Shown here piece by piece: positions 47,012 through 57,392 of a DNA stretch of 64,000 nt (positions within the stretch are counted from its first letter, which is position 1; every line of letters starts with the position of its first letter). A program made the position numbers and the translations under genes. Origin of the DNA: Stellaceae bacterium (GTDB lineage Bacteria > Pseudomonadota > Alphaproteobacteria > ATCC43930 > CGMCC-115725); NCBI GenBank assembly GCA_036278835.1, contig DASUKH010000133.1:3273-67272 (forward strand), written 5' to 3'. The notes under the pieces were generated by a model. It saw only the letters and a list, made by a program, of their open reading frames with translations. It searched no databases and was not told the origin of the DNA.

Positions 47012-47214
47012 CTCAGAACAACCCGCACCACCGCGCCGCACCCGCCCGGCCGGCGCGTCGACCACAGAAAGAAGACATCAACCGGCTCCGCAAGCGCGCC
47101 GATGATCGCAAAAAGGCGCCTCGGCCGCAACGCCGCCGGCGCTCCCGGTCGCCCTCGCCAGTCAGGCTCCCCGATAGGTATGCCCGAATGATGGCGAGAA
47201 AAGTACCGCGCCGC

Positions 47215-47811
47215 CTACGCGTCCTCGCTGCCGGGCGTCGCTTCGGCGGGCGGCAGGCGCGCCAGCTCGCCGAGTGCGACCGGCCCGATCTCGAGCAGTC
47301 CGGCAGCGCGCAATTCGTCGATCCCCGGCAGGTCGGTGAGGCTGTCGAGGCCGAAATGGACGAGAAAGGCCGGGGCCGTCACCCAGTTGAGCGGCCGCCC
47401 CGGGACGTCGCGGCGGCCCGCCGGCCGCACCCAGCCCGCCTCCAGGAGCCGGTCGAGCGTGCCGCGGGCCAGCGCGACGCCGCGGACCGCCTCGATCTCG
47501 GCGCGGGTGACCGGCTGGTGATAGGCGACGATCGCCAGCGTCTCGACGGCGGCGCGCGACAATTTACGCGGCACCGCCCGCTCGCTGCGCAGAAAGGGTG
47601 CGAGGTCGGGGGCGGTGCGGAACGTCCAGCCGCCGGCCACCCGGACGAGATTGACTCCGCGATCGGAATAGCGCCCGGCGAGCGCCTGGAGCAGGCCGGC
47701 CACATCGGCGCCGTCGCCGAGCCGGCGCGCCATCTCGTCCTCACCGAGCGGCTCCGGCGCCGCGAACAACAGCGCCTCGATCAGCCGCAGTTGCTCCGAG
47801 TATTCGATCAT
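47215..47811 (-). CDS. scpB: segregation and condensation protein B
   Basis: LIEALLFAAPEPL, GVNLVRVAGGWTFRT, AVETLAIVAYHQPVTRAEIEAVRGV. Confidence 0.92.
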   Translation of the reverse strand: MIEYSEQLRLIEALLFAAPEPLGEDEMARRLGDGADVAGLLQALAGRYSDRGVNLVRVAGGWTFRTAPDLAPFLRSERAVPRKLSRAAVETLAIVAYHQPVTRAEIEAVRGVALARGTLDRLLEAGWVRPAGRRDVPGRPLNWVTAPAFLVHFGLDSLTDLPGIDELRAAGLLEIGPVALGELARLPPAEATPGSEDA

Positions 47812-48581
47812 GCCGCGGCGCCACGCACCGAAGCGGGGCTGCGCATGTAAAGGGGGCCGAACGGGCGATCCTGGCGCAATTCGATCTGCCCGGTGCGCGC
47901 CAGTTCCAAGGTCGCGGCGAAGGTGGCGGCCAGTGCCGAGCGGCGATACAGCGCGCCGCGCAATTCCTCCGGAAGAAAGGCCGACAGCTCGCGCCAGTCC
48001 GGGATATGGCCGACAAAGCGGGCGAGATGCCGGAGCGCCTCGTCGAGCGAGTGGAACGCCGGCGCGGCGATCGTCAGCACCTGCCCCTCATTCCGCCGGT
48101 GCCCGGCGCCATAGGCCGCGAGCAACTCGTAGAGGCTGACCTGCCAGACCGGGCGGTCGATGCGCGGCAAGCCCTCCGGGCGGCCGCGCGCGAACACGTC
48201 GCGATCCAGCAGCTGCCGGGCCATCAGCGCCTCTCCGGCGCGCTGCATCGCGGCGAGCAGCTGCAGGCGGCGGGTCAATGCCGCCGCCATCTCCTCGCCG
48301 CTCGGCCCGTCCTCGGCCGGCGGCTCGGGCAATAGGAGGCGCGATTTGAGGTAGGCGAGCCATGCCGCCATCACGAGGTAGTCGGCGGCGATTTCGAGTT
48401 GCAACCGGCGCTGCCCGGCGATGAAGGCAAGGTATTGCTCGGCAAGCGCCAGGATCGACAGTTTTGCGAGATCGACCTTCTGCTGGCGCGCGAGGCTCAG
48501 CAAAAGGTCGATCGGCCCCTCGTAGCCGTCGAGGTCGAGCAGCAGCGCCGATGCACCGGACAAATCGTCGGTTTCGCTCAC
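47808..48581 (-). CDS. scpA: segregation and condensation protein A
   Basis: LDLDGYEGPIDLLLSLARQQKVDLAKLSILALAEQYL. No ATG in range; an in-frame GTG at 48581 overlaps the upstream gene stop. The rest of the 570-aa track ORF is spurious. Confidence 0.85.
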   Translation of the reverse strand: MSETDDLSGASALLLDLDGYEGPIDLLLSLARQQKVDLAKLSILALAEQYLAFIAGQRRLQLEIAADYLVMAAWLAYLKSRLLLPEPPAEDGPSGEEMAAALTRRLQLLAAMQRAGEALMARQLLDRDVFARGRPEGLPRIDRPVWQVSLYELLAAYGAGHRRNEGQVLTIAAPAFHSLDEALRHLARFVGHIPDWRELSAFLPEELRGALYRRSALAATFAATLELARTGQIELRQDRPFGPLYMRSPASVRGAAA

Positions 48582-49273
48582 CCGGTCAGCCCGGTCACGG
48601 TCAGCACGAAGCGGTAGAGGAAGGTGGCCGGCACGCCGATCAGCCAGCCGAGGAGGTTGAACCCGATGCCGGTACGCCCGCCGATATAGGAAAGCGCGAA
48701 GATCAGCAGCAGGATGATCATCCCATACGGCTCGACCCGCGCTAGCGGCCGCGCCAGAAAGCGCGGCAGGATGCCGACCGCGATCCGGCCGCCGTCGAGC
48801 GGCGGCAATGGCCACATGTTGAAAATACATAGGATGACGTTGATCTCGAGCGAGTTGCGCAGGTTGAGCGCGAACCAGTTGGCAAAGCCCTTCGGCGCGT
48901 AATCGACGAGGTAGAACAAGAGGGCCGAGACGATCGCCAGCAGCACGTTGGTTCCCGGCCCGGCCAGCGCGACCAGCACCGAATCCCGGCGCGGATGCCG
49001 CAGCCGCCCGAAATTGACCGGCACCGGCTTGGCATAGCCGAACAGAAACCCCGAACTCAGAAACAACAGGGCCGGCAGCAGCACGGTGCCGAACGGATCG
49101 ACATGGGCGAGCGGGTTCAAGGTCAAGCGACCGGCGCGCGCCGCCGTGTCGTCGCCGAGCCGGTAGGCGACAAACCCATGCGCCGCCTCGTGAAAGGTCA
49201 CCGCGAAGATGACCGGCAGCACCCAGGTGGTCGCCGCGCGCAGCAGCTCCGACCATTGTCCGACGGCATTCAT
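48578..49273 (-). CDS. site-2 protease (peptidase M50) family membrane protein
   Basis: FHEAAHGFVA (HExxH), NMWPLPPLDGGRI, several TM segments. The ATG at 49273 overlaps the nagZ stop (ATGA). Confidence 0.85.
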   Translation of the reverse strand: MNAVGQWSELLRAATTWVLPVIFAVTFHEAAHGFVAYRLGDDTAARAGRLTLNPLAHVDPFGTVLLPALLFLSSGFLFGYAKPVPVNFGRLRHPRRDSVLVALAGPGTNVLLAIVSALLFYLVDYAPKGFANWFALNLRNSLEINVILCIFNMWPLPPLDGGRIAVGILPRFLARPLARVEPYGMIILLLIFALSYIGGRTGIGFNLLGWLIGVPATFLYRFVLTVTGLTG

Positions 49274-50301
49274 GCTCCCGGCCGGCCCGCCATTGCCGCC
49301 AACTCGGCGAGGCGGGCCTCGGCCGCACGCCGGTCGAACGGGCGCCCGCTGTCCCGGCGCAGCTTTTCGCCGCGGCCGATCCGCGCCTCGCATTCCGGCG
49401 ACATCGGCATCGCCGCCTCGGTAACCTCGACCATCTCCGCAAATACCCCGGTGCAGTGCAAAACCAGATCGCACCCGGAATCGAGGGCGCGGCGGGTGCG
49501 CTCGGCGAGCCCGCCGGCAAGCGCTCCCATCGAGATATCGTCGGAGATCAGCACGCCTGCAAATCCAATATCGCCGCGGATCGCGGTGTCGATCACCAGC
49601 CGCGAGAACGTCGCCGGCGCGCTGTCGTCGATCGCGGCATAGACGATGTGCGCCGTCATCGCCCACGGCATCGCCGCCAGCGCGCGGAACGGCGCGAAAT
49701 CGCTTTGCGCCATTTCTGCTGCGCTGGTCTCAACGCGCGGACAGGCGCGGTGACTGTCCACCCGGGCGCGGCCGTGGCCGGGGATGTGCTTGACGATCGG
49801 CAGCACGCTGCCGGCCAAGAGCCCGTCGCAAACAGCGCGCCCGAGCCGCGCCACCCGCATCGGATCGGTGCCCCAGGCGCGGTCGCCGATGACCGGGTCG
49901 GCATCTGCCACCGGCAGGTCGAGGACCGGCGCGGCATCGACGGTGACGCCGATTTCGGCGAGGTCGTCCGCGATCAGCCGCGCCGCAAGCCCGGCCGCCT
50001 CCTCGGCGAGCGAGTCGGGCAGCGCGGCGAGCCGCGCCGGCGCCGGGTAGGCCGGCCATTCGGGCGGGCGCAGGCGGGCCACCCGGCCACCTTCCTGGTC
50101 GACCAGCACCGGCGCGTCGGGCCGACCGACGCAGGCGCGGAACTCGGCAATCAAGGCGCGCAACTGGGCGCGCGAGCGGCAGTTGCGGCGGAAGATGACA
50201 AAGCCGAGCGGGTCGGCGGCGGCGAACAGCCGGCGCTCCTCGGCGGACAACGCCTCGCCCGCGCAGCCGAGCACCAGCGCTAGGGGCCGCTCAGCGAGCA
50301 A
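49270..50301 (-). CDS. nagZ: beta-N-acetylhexosaminidase (GH3)
   Basis: VDQEGGRVARL, VKHIPGHGRARVDSH, ISDDISM. TTG start at 50301 or GTG at 50274. Confidence 0.9.
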   Translation of the reverse strand: MLAERPLALVLGCAGEALSAEERRLFAAADPLGFVIFRRNCRSRAQLRALIAEFRACVGRPDAPVLVDQEGGRVARLRPPEWPAYPAPARLAALPDSLAEEAAGLAARLIADDLAEIGVTVDAAPVLDLPVADADPVIGDRAWGTDPMRVARLGRAVCDGLLAGSVLPIVKHIPGHGRARVDSHRACPRVETSAAEMAQSDFAPFRALAAMPWAMTAHIVYAAIDDSAPATFSRLVIDTAIRGDIGFAGVLISDDISMGALAGGLAERTRRALDSGCDLVLHCTGVFAEMVEVTEAAMPMSPECEARIGRGEKLRRDSGRPFDRRAAEARLAELAAMAGRPGA

Positions 50302-51136
50302 GAAGGCACCCGAAATTGCGCTGCTTCAGCGCGCTGCACAACCGTTCGGCGGCCGCCGCATCGGAGAACGGCCCGGCCTCGATGCGGTAATAGATCCCCT
50401 TGTCGCCGAGATCAGTGCGCACCGCCACGGCGTGCAGCCTGCTCAAGAGATCGGGGTTTTCGTGCTGCAGCCGATGCCACTCGGCGCGCGCCGCCTCGGG
50501 GCTGCGCAACGAGCCGAGCCGGACCTGGACCTTGCCGCCGAGGGCGGCATACGTCTCCTGTCGTTCCGTGGGTCCGGCCGCCGGCGGCTCGTTACGCCGT
50601 GGCTCGTTATGCCGTTCCGTCTTCGCCTCGTTCCGCGGTGCCGCCGGCGCGGCGATCGCCGGGGGTGGCGGCAGGGCGGCCTGTTGGGCGGCGGCTCGCG
50701 GAGCCGCCAGGTGCGGCGCGGCGGCAGGCAGCGGTGCCGACGACGGCGCCGCAACCGCTGTCGGCTCGGGTCGCGGCAGCGGTTTCTCCGCCGGCGGCAG
50801 CAGCCGCTCGATATTCGGCACGCCGGGCTGTTCGCTGAAGATCGAGGCGTTCTGGTTGGGAATTTTCATGCCGCCGGGATCGTCCGGTTTCACCTTGTCA
50901 GGACTGCGATCGGCGCGGATCAGCGGGATGCCGTCGCCGCCGGGGCCGGCGCCCGCGTGCCGCGCCCCTTCGTGATAGGCGAACCACAGGCCGCCGGCGA
51001 ATACCGCCATCGCCAGCACGCTCAGCAGCACTTTCGGGAAGCGGCGCTCGCGCCGCTCTTCGTCATAATCGCGCTCCTCGCCGACCAGCTCGAACCCCTC
51101 CTCGCGCTCGTCGTAATCGCGCAGCGGCTGCCGCAT
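50291..51136 (-). CDS. SPOR domain-containing protein (N-terminal TM, Pro/Ala-rich linker, C-terminal SPOR)
   Basis: C-terminus KVQVRLGSLRSPEAARAEWHRLQHENPDLL..YYRIEAGPFSDAAAAERLCSALK. The ATG at 51136 lies 3 nt after the argS stop. The longer track ORF overlaps argS. Confidence 0.8.
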   Translation of the reverse strand: MRQPLRDYDEREEGFELVGEERDYDEERRERRFPKVLLSVLAMAVFAGGLWFAYHEGARHAGAGPGGDGIPLIRADRSPDKVKPDDPGGMKIPNQNASIFSEQPGVPNIERLLPPAEKPLPRPEPTAVAAPSSAPLPAAAPHLAAPRAAAQQAALPPPPAIAAPAAPRNEAKTERHNEPRRNEPPAAGPTERQETYAALGGKVQVRLGSLRSPEAARAEWHRLQHENPDLLSRLHAVAVRTDLGDKGIYYRIEAGPFSDAAAAERLCSALKQRNFGCLLAR

Positions 51137-51138
51137 GG

Positions 51139-52932
51139 TCACATCTCCTCGACCGGCTCGACCCCGAACACCGCCAAGCCGGAGGCGACGACGAGCGCCA
51201 CGCCGCGCACCAGCGCGAGGCGCGCACGGGTCAGGTCGGGATCGGCGGCGATCAGGAAACGCAGGCTCGCCTCGTCTTTTCCCTTGGTCCATAGCAGATG
51301 AAACTGGGCGGCGACCTCCTGCAGGAAAAAGGCAATGCGGTGCGGCTCGTGCGCCTCGGCAGCAGCCTCGACGATCCGCGGCCAGCCGGCCAGCAAGCGA
51401 ATCAGCGCCAGTTCGAGCGGGTCGGCGAGGCGGTCGAGCGGCGCCGCCGCCAATGCCGCATCGTCGAGGCTGGCGGCCGGCAATTCCTCGCCGGCATGGC
51501 GCATCACCGAGGCGGCGCGGGCATGCGCGTATTGGACGTAGAAAACCGGGTTGTCCCTCGACTGCTCGGTCACCTTGGCGAAATCGAATTCGAGGGTCTG
51601 GTCGTTTTTTCGGGTCAGCATGATGAACCGGAACACGTCCCGGCCGACCTCGTCGATGACCTCGCGCAAGGTGACAAAGGTGCCGGCCCGCTTCGACATG
51701 CGCACCGGCTCGCCGTTGTCGAACAGGTGGACGAGCTGGCACAATTTGACGTCGAGCGCCGCCTCGCCCGCCGTCAGGGCCGTCACCGCGGCCTGCATGC
51801 GCTTGACGTAGCCGCCGTGATCGGCCCCCCACACATCGATCAGGTTACGGAAGCCGCGCCGGTATTTGTCGTGGTGATAGGCGATGTCGGCCGCGAAATA
51901 GGTCCACGACCCGTCTGATTTGCGCAGCGGCCGATCCACCTCGTCGCCGAATTGCGTGGCGCGGAACAAGGTCTGCGGCCGCGGCTCCCAATCGTCGGGC
52001 AGCTTGCCCTTTGGCGGTTCGAGAACGCCTTCGTAAATGAGGCCGCGCCCGGCCAGCGCGGCGAGCGCCGCATCGACGGCGCCGCGCGACACAAGCTCGC
52101 GTTCGGAGGTGAATGCGTCGAACGACACGCCGAGCGCCGCGAGGTCGTCGCGGATCAGCCCTATCATCTCGGCGATCGCAAAGTCGCGCACCGGCGCGAG
52201 CCATACCGATTGCGGCGTGTCGATCCATTTGTCGCCGTCGCGCGCGAACAGGCGGCGGCCGGTCTCCTTCAGGTATTCGCCCGGATAAAACCCCTCGGGC
52301 TCGACCCGCGCCGCGCCGGTCGCCAGCTCGGCATCGACCATCTGCTGATAGCGGTAATGGACCGAGCGGGCGAGCGCATCGACCTGGGCGCCCGCGTCAT
52401 TGATGTAGTATTCGCGGTGCACCGCGAAGCCGGCCTTGGCAAGGAGCGCCGCCAGCGCGTCGCCGACTACCGCCCCCCTGCCGTGGCCGACATGCATCGG
52501 CCCCGTCGGGTTGGCCGAGACGAATTCGACATTGACCAGCTCGCCGGCCCCGATCACCGAATTGCCGTAGGCGGTGCCCGCCTGCAACATCGCGCGCAGC
52601 TGCGCATGCCACACCGCCGGATCGAGGCGGATGTTCAAAAACCCCGGCCGTACCGCGCTCACGGTAAATCCGCCGCCGCAATAACCGCCGCTCCGCAGCT
52701 CGCGGCCGGCCAGCGCGGCGGCGATCTTCTCGGCCAAGGCCATCGGGTTCTGCCGGGTCGGGCCGGCCAGCACCATCGCCGCGTTGGTCGCCAGATCGCC
52801 ATGCGTCGGGTCGCGCGGCGGCTCGACCGCGACGCGGCCGAAATCGAGGCCGGCCGGCAGTGCGCCTGCCGCCGTCAGCTCGCCCAGCGCCGCCAGCACC
52901 AGCCGGCGGAAATCGCCGAAGATGTTCGTCAT
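51139..52932 (-). CDS. argS: arginine--tRNA ligase
   Basis: [15 protein letters not shown] (HIGH) and the class I KMSKS equivalent [10 protein letters not shown]. Confidence 0.96.
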   Translation of the reverse strand: MTNIFGDFRRLVLAALGELTAAGALPAGLDFGRVAVEPPRDPTHGDLATNAAMVLAGPTRQNPMALAEKIAAALAGRELRSGGYCGGGFTVSAVRPGFLNIRLDPAVWHAQLRAMLQAGTAYGNSVIGAGELVNVEFVSANPTGPMHVGHGRGAVVGDALAALLAKAGFAVHREYYINDAGAQVDALARSVHYRYQQMVDAELATGAARVEPEGFYPGEYLKETGRRLFARDGDKWIDTPQSVWLAPVRDFAIAEMIGLIRDDLAALGVSFDAFTSERELVSRGAVDAALAALAGRGLIYEGVLEPPKGKLPDDWEPRPQTLFRATQFGDEVDRPLRKSDGSWTYFAADIAYHHDKYRRGFRNLIDVWGADHGGYVKRMQAAVTALTAGEAALDVKLCQLVHLFDNGEPVRMSKRAGTFVTLREVIDEVGRDVFRFIMLTRKNDQTLEFDFAKVTEQSRDNPVFYVQYAHARAASVMRHAGEELPAASLDDAALAAAPLDRLADPLELALIRLLAGWPRIVEAAAEAHEPHRIAFFLQEVAAQFHLLWTKGKDEASLRFLIAADPDLTRARLALVRGVALVVASGLAVFGVEPVEEM

Positions 52933-52934
52933 CG

Positions 52935-54122
52935 TTATTCCGTCACCGGACCGTAGGTATCGAACAACCGGCGGTGCTCGTCGAGCGCGAATCGGTCTGT
53001 CATGCCGGCGAGGTAATCGGCCACAAGCCGGGCCGTCTCAGCCATCCCGGCGCCGGCCGGCGCCCGCCACTCACCCGGCAGGCACTCGGGTTCCGCAACG
53101 AACAATTGAAACAGCTCGCGCACGACCCGGCGCGCCTTTGAACTCATGCGGTTGACCCGATAGTGGCGATACATCCGCTCGAACAGGAATCGTTTCAAGG
53201 CCCGGTCGTGGTTCCGCATCTCCTCGGAAAAGGCAGCCACCGGGCGACCCAGCCGGCGCACCGCGTCGGCGCTCGCGACGCCGCTCTCGGCAAGGCGGCG
53301 GCTGGTCTCGACGACCAGATCGCGCACCATGCGGTCGATCAACCGGCGAATCGCTTCATGGATCAGCCGCGTTTCCTCGATGCCGGGATGCTGCCGCGCG
53401 ACCTCGGCGAATACCGGGCCGACCAGCGGCAGCGGCGCAAGGTCGGCGACCCCGAACAGCCCGGCGCGCAGCCCGTCATCGATGTCGTGATTGTTGTAGG
53501 CGATGTCATCGGCGAGCGCCGCGACCTGCGCTTCCGGGCCCGGGAAAGTATCGAGGTCGAGCTTGTGGCGGCGGTCGTACTCCGCGATCGACGACGGCAC
53601 TGGCCGCGTCATGCCCGGTCCGGCGAGCGGGCCGTTGTGCTTCGCCGTCCCTTCGAGCGCCTCCCAGGTCAGGTTGAGGCCATCGAAGGCGGCATAGCGC
53701 CGTTCGAGGCGGGTCAGGACGCGCAGGGTCTGGTCGTTATGCGAAAAGCCGCCCCACGGCGCCATCTCGGCGTCGAGCGCCTCCTCGCCGGCATGGCCGA
53801 ACGGCGTGTGGCCGAGATCGTGCGCCAAGGCCAGCGCCTCGGCGAGGTCTTCGTCGAGACCCAGAGCGCGCGCCACGGTGCGGGCGATCTGCGCGACCTC
53901 GAGGCTATGCGTCAGGCGGGTGCGGAAATGGTCGCCCTCGCCGGCGTGATAGACAAACACCTGCGTCTTGTGCTTCAGCCGACGGAACGCGGTCGAATGC
54001 AGGATGCGGTCGCGGTCGCGCTGAAACGGCGTGCGCATGTCGCTTTCCGGCTCGGGGTGAAGCCGGCCGCGGCTCTTATCGGGGTCTGACGCATAGGGCG
54101 CGCGGGGAATCGCCCGGATCAT
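52935..54122 (-). CDS. dgt: dGTP triphosphohydrolase-like HD-domain protein
   Basis: [50 protein letters not shown]. Confidence 0.9.
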   Translation of the reverse strand: MIRAIPRAPYASDPDKSRGRLHPEPESDMRTPFQRDRDRILHSTAFRRLKHKTQVFVYHAGEGDHFRTRLTHSLEVAQIARTVARALGLDEDLAEALALAHDLGHTPFGHAGEEALDAEMAPWGGFSHNDQTLRVLTRLERRYAAFDGLNLTWEALEGTAKHNGPLAGPGMTRPVPSSIAEYDRRHKLDLDTFPGPEAQVAALADDIAYNNHDIDDGLRAGLFGVADLAPLPLVGPVFAEVARQHPGIEETRLIHEAIRRLIDRMVRDLVVETSRRLAESGVASADAVRRLGRPVAAFSEEMRNHDRALKRFLFERMYRHYRVNRMSSKARRVVRELFQLFVAEPECLPGEWRAPAGAGMAETARLVADYLAGMTDRFALDEHRRLFDTYGPVTE

Positions 54123-54275
54123 CGCGGAACCCTACGCCGACGCCGCGCGGGCGTCCATCCGCGGGGCATAACATGGACCCCCTCCGGCTTGGCGTCGCCG
54201 CGATTGCCGTGTTAGCCTTATAAAACCAAGCACTTGAACAATCCCAAATCCGGCAAGACCAAGACAGGGTGTCCC

Positions 54276-54713
54276 ATGTTAAAGGGGTTCAAGGAGTTCA
54301 TGCTGCGCGGCAACGTCGTCGACCTTGCCGTCGCCGTGGTGATGGGCGCCGCGTTCGGCGCGGTGGTGGCGGCGCTTGTCAAGGACCTTCTGACGCCATT
54401 AATCGCCGCCATCGTCGGCAAGCCGGATTTTTCGGCGATCCGGTTTACCGTCAACAGCAGCCAATTCCTGATCGGCGATTTGGCCAACGCCATCGTCTCG
54501 TTCGTGCTGATCGGCGTCGCGGTCTATTTCTTCGTCGTGCTGCCGATGAACAAGCTCATGGAGCGGTTCAACCGCTCCAAAACCACGCCCGACCCGACCA
54601 CGAAGAAATGTCCGGAATGCCTCAGCGAAATCCCGATCGCGGCGCGCCGCTGCGCGCATTGCACGGTCGATCTGGCGCAAACCGATCTCCGCACCGCCTC
54701 GGCGGGCGACTAG
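54276..54713 (+). CDS. mscL: large-conductance mechanosensitive channel with a C-terminal CxxC-N11-CxxC tail
   Basis: [31 protein letters not shown]; C-terminus [24 protein letters not shown] at 54276 confirmed. Confidence 0.9.
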   Translation: MLKGFKEFMLRGNVVDLAVAVVMGAAFGAVVAALVKDLLTPLIAAIVGKPDFSAIRFTVNSSQFLIGDLANAIVSFVLIGVAVYFFVVLPMNKLMERFNRSKTTPDPTTKKCPECLSEIPIAARRCAHCTVDLAQTDLRTASAGD

Positions 54714-54895
54714 GGATAGTTGCGGCGCGCCGGGACCCGCCCCCGCGTTCGCGGGGGAGGGGACCATGCGCACGCATGGACGAGGCGCCCGGCCCGGCAG
54801 CGCGCCGCCTCCTCCGTCGCCAGACGAGTGAGGAAGCCATGGCAGCGGCCCGCGACACGCCCCGAAGGCCACACCAAGCCCACCGGGTGCGCCGC

Positions 54896-54924
54896 TCGAC
54901 AATAAGGCCACCCCCTGTTATAGA
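54896..54924 (+). promoter_or_regulatory. sigma70-like promoter for tRNA-Lys: TCGACA-N17-TATAGA
   Basis: The -10 ends 15 nt before the mature tRNA 5' end. Sequence resemblance only. Confidence 0.35.
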
Positions 54925-54939
54925 CCGCCCTCCCAGGTG

Positions 54940-55015
<76 letters not shown>

Positions 55016-55245
55016 TTAAATCGGCGGGATTAAAGATGATACGGCCGGGCGAATGAAACCGGGCGGCTGGTGCCACGCGCGCCGGCCGGGTCATGGGAAT
55101 GCCTCCGGTTGCCGGCCCGGGCCGGGCCGGGCCGGTGAAGCTAGCCAAAGTTGAAGCTGACCCACCGGAAGGTATTATCCGGGGCCGTCGGGAACACCCG
55201 GAGCGGTGCCGGTGTTGGCGCTGCGAACCCAAGGGAGCGGGGCCG

Positions 55246-55422
55246 ATGGACGACCCACAAAAACTTCGCGAGCTGGCGGCTTGGTATCGCGAATTCGCCG
55301 AGAAGACGGCCAACCCGGCGATCTGGGAATCGCGGCTGCGGATGGCCGAGGATCTCGAGCAGGAGGCGGCCCGCATCGAACGCCGCCAAGCCGCCTTGCC
55401 GGCCACCCTCGACGCCCTGTAA
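55246..55422 (+). CDS. small hypothetical protein (58 aa)
   Basis: MDDPQKLRELAAWYREFAEKTANPAIWESRLRMAEDLEQEAARIERRQ. GGGAG lies 9 nt upstream of the ATG at 55246. The helical, charged composition looks coding. The longer 109-aa track ORF has an implausible N-terminus. Confidence 0.5.
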   Translation: MDDPQKLRELAAWYREFAEKTANPAIWESRLRMAEDLEQEAARIERRQAALPATLDAL

Positions 55423-55527
55423 AACGGACCCCAGGCGTCTTCCGCCTGCAATCCGGTCCTCTCTCCCATACGGCGGCACCATCCGCCTGGACCTCCCGCC
55501 GGCATGCCGGCAGTCCAACGACAACCG

Positions 55528-56166
55528 TCAGGCGGCGCCCGAAACGTCGGCGGCGGGCGGCGGACCGCCCTTGGCGACGCCGACCATTGCCGGGCGCAGC
55601 AGGCGCTCGTGCAGCACGTAACCCGGCTGGAGGACTTCGACGACGGTGCCGGCGGGCACGTCGGGCCGCTCGGCCTCGAAGATCGCCTGATGAAGGTTAT
55701 GGTCGAAGCGCTCGCCTCTGGGGTCGATGCGGCGCAGGCCGTGGCGTTCGAAAGCGGCGAGCAGTTCGCGCTCGGTCGCGGCGACGCCGTCGCGCAGCCC
55801 GCGCGTGCGGTCGTCCGCGATCTCCGCTTCCGGCATCGCTTCGAGTGCCCGCCGCAGATTGTCGACCACCGACAACAGGTCCCTGGCAAAGCCGCCGACC
55901 GCGAATTTCTGGGCGTCGTCGCGCTCGCGCTGCAGGCGGCGGCGGACGTTCTCGGTCTCCGCCAGCGCTCTCAGCAACCGGTCGCGGGTGTCGGCCAGTT
56001 CGGCCTCGATCTCGCCGAGCCGCTCGTCGGCCGACGGCAGCGCGTCTTCCGGCGCCGCCGGTTCGGCGGTCTGCCCGCCGGATTCGGGCCGCCGCTCCGC
56101 GTCGCCGATATCGTTGGCGGCCGCCGCCGGGCCGCCGGCGGCCTCCTCGTTCCGTTCTTCAATCAT
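55528..56166 (-). CDS. grpE: nucleotide exchange factor GrpE
   Basis: LLRALAETENVRRR, DLLSVVDNLRRAL, HQAIFE, GYVLHERLLRPAMVGV. Confidence 0.93.
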   Translation of the reverse strand: MIEERNEEAAGGPAAAANDIGDAERRPESGGQTAEPAAPEDALPSADERLGEIEAELADTRDRLLRALAETENVRRRLQRERDDAQKFAVGGFARDLLSVVDNLRRALEAMPEAEIADDRTRGLRDGVAATERELLAAFERHGLRRIDPRGERFDHNLHQAIFEAERPDVPAGTVVEVLQPGYVLHERLLRPAMVGVAKGGPPPAADVSGAA

Positions 56167-56172
56167 GCGCTG

Positions 56173-57300
56173 CTACCCTATGATCCGGCCGATCATCCTG
56201 GCGGTATAATCGACCATCGGGATGATGCGGGCATAGTTGATCCGCGTCGGTCCGATGACCCCGATCGCACCGATAATGTGCTGCCGGCTGTTTTGGTACG
56301 GCGCGATAATCAAGGAACAGCCGGCGACGCCGAACAGGTGGTTTTCGGCGCCGATAAAAATCTGCACCCCCTCGGCCTGGCGGCTGGCGTCGAGCAGCCG
56401 CAGCACCGTCTCCTTGGTCTCCAGCATCTCGAACAAGGTGCGCAGCCGGTCGAGATCGGCGAGCGCGGTGACGTCGCCCAGGAGATTGGCCTGGCCGCGC
56501 ACGATCAGCGCGCTTTCGCCGTCGCCGCCGGCCCAACTCGCGATACCGGCGGCGACAACCCGCGAGGTCAGTTCGTCGAGTTGCGCCTTGTGCGAGGCAA
56601 CCTCGTCCTCGATATCCGCGCGGGCCTCCTCGATATTGCGCCCGATCAGCCGCGCGTTCAGGTAGTTGGCTGCCGAGACGAGGGTCGATGGCGGCAGCCC
56701 GAGCGGCACCTCGATGACCCGGTTCTCGACCAGCCCGTCCTCGGTGACCAGCACGACCAACACCCGGCCGGGGCCCAGATGGACGAACTCAATGTGCTTC
56801 AGCGGGCGCTCCTGCTTTGGCACGACAACGACCCCGGCGCAGTGCGACAGGCCGGACAACGCCGCCGTCGCCTCTTCCAGTGCCTGCGCCAGGCTTCGGC
56901 CGTGCGCCGCGCACAACGCCTCGATGTTCTGCCGCTCGCCCTCGGCGAGGTCGCCCAGTTCCAAGAGGCCGTGCACGAAAAGGCGCAGCCCGGCCTCGGT
57001 CGGCAGGCGGCCGGCCGAGGTGTGCGGCGAATAGAGCAGCCCGGCCTCCTCGAGATCGGCCATGACGTTGCGGATCGTCGCCGGCGACAGGTTCTGCGCG
57101 AGGAGGCGCGACAGGGTGCGCGACCCCATCGGCTCGCCGGTTTGCACATAGCTGTCGACGATCAGCCGAAAGATTTCGCGGCTGCGCTCGCTCAGCTCCG
57201 CGACCGGCGAGGGGATCGGCGGCATCCGGCGCTCGCCCGCCCTGGTCTCGTCGGCGCGACCGCCCCGCTCCGCGCGGCCGTGATCGGACCTTGTGTTCAT
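56173..57300 (-). CDS. hrcA: heat-inducible transcription repressor HrcA
   Basis: LSERSREIFRLIVDSYVQTGEPMGSRTLS, IGVIGPTRINYARIIPMVDYTA. Start uncertain (57300, 57225 or 57396). Confidence 0.9.
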   Translation of the reverse strand: MNTRSDHGRAERGGRADETRAGERRMPPIPSPVAELSERSREIFRLIVDSYVQTGEPMGSRTLSRLLAQNLSPATIRNVMADLEEAGLLYSPHTSAGRLPTEAGLRLFVHGLLELGDLAEGERQNIEALCAAHGRSLAQALEEATAALSGLSHCAGVVVVPKQERPLKHIEFVHLGPGRVLVVLVTEDGLVENRVIEVPLGLPPSTLVSAANYLNARLIGRNIEEARADIEDEVASHKAQLDELTSRVVAAGIASWAGGDGESALIVRGQANLLGDVTALADLDRLRTLFEMLETKETVLRLLDASRQAEGVQIFIGAENHLFGVAGCSLIIAPYQNSRQHIIGAIGVIGPTRINYARIIPMVDYTARMIGRIIG

Positions 57301-57392
57301 TCCTCTATCGCCCAACCGCCGCGTCGGAAACATCTGGGAATGGCGCGCCAAAGCGTCAACACGCCTGAAGCCGGGCGGGTTCGGCGCGCCGG

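Noticed and set aside
48582-49520. Upstream 313 codons of the 570-aa ORF containing scpA, and the 362-aa version of the M50 ORF (to 49666).
   Set aside because: The extensions overlap the M50 and nagZ coding frames and look like noise. The conserved ScpA sequence begins just after the GTG at 48581, and M50 begins at the ATG at 49273.
55093-55245. Long (109-aa) version of the small ORF after the tRNA.
   Set aside because: The N-terminal 51 codons are Gly/Pro/Arg-rich with no SD. The internal ATG at 55246 has a GGGAG SD and starts the helical, conserved-looking part.
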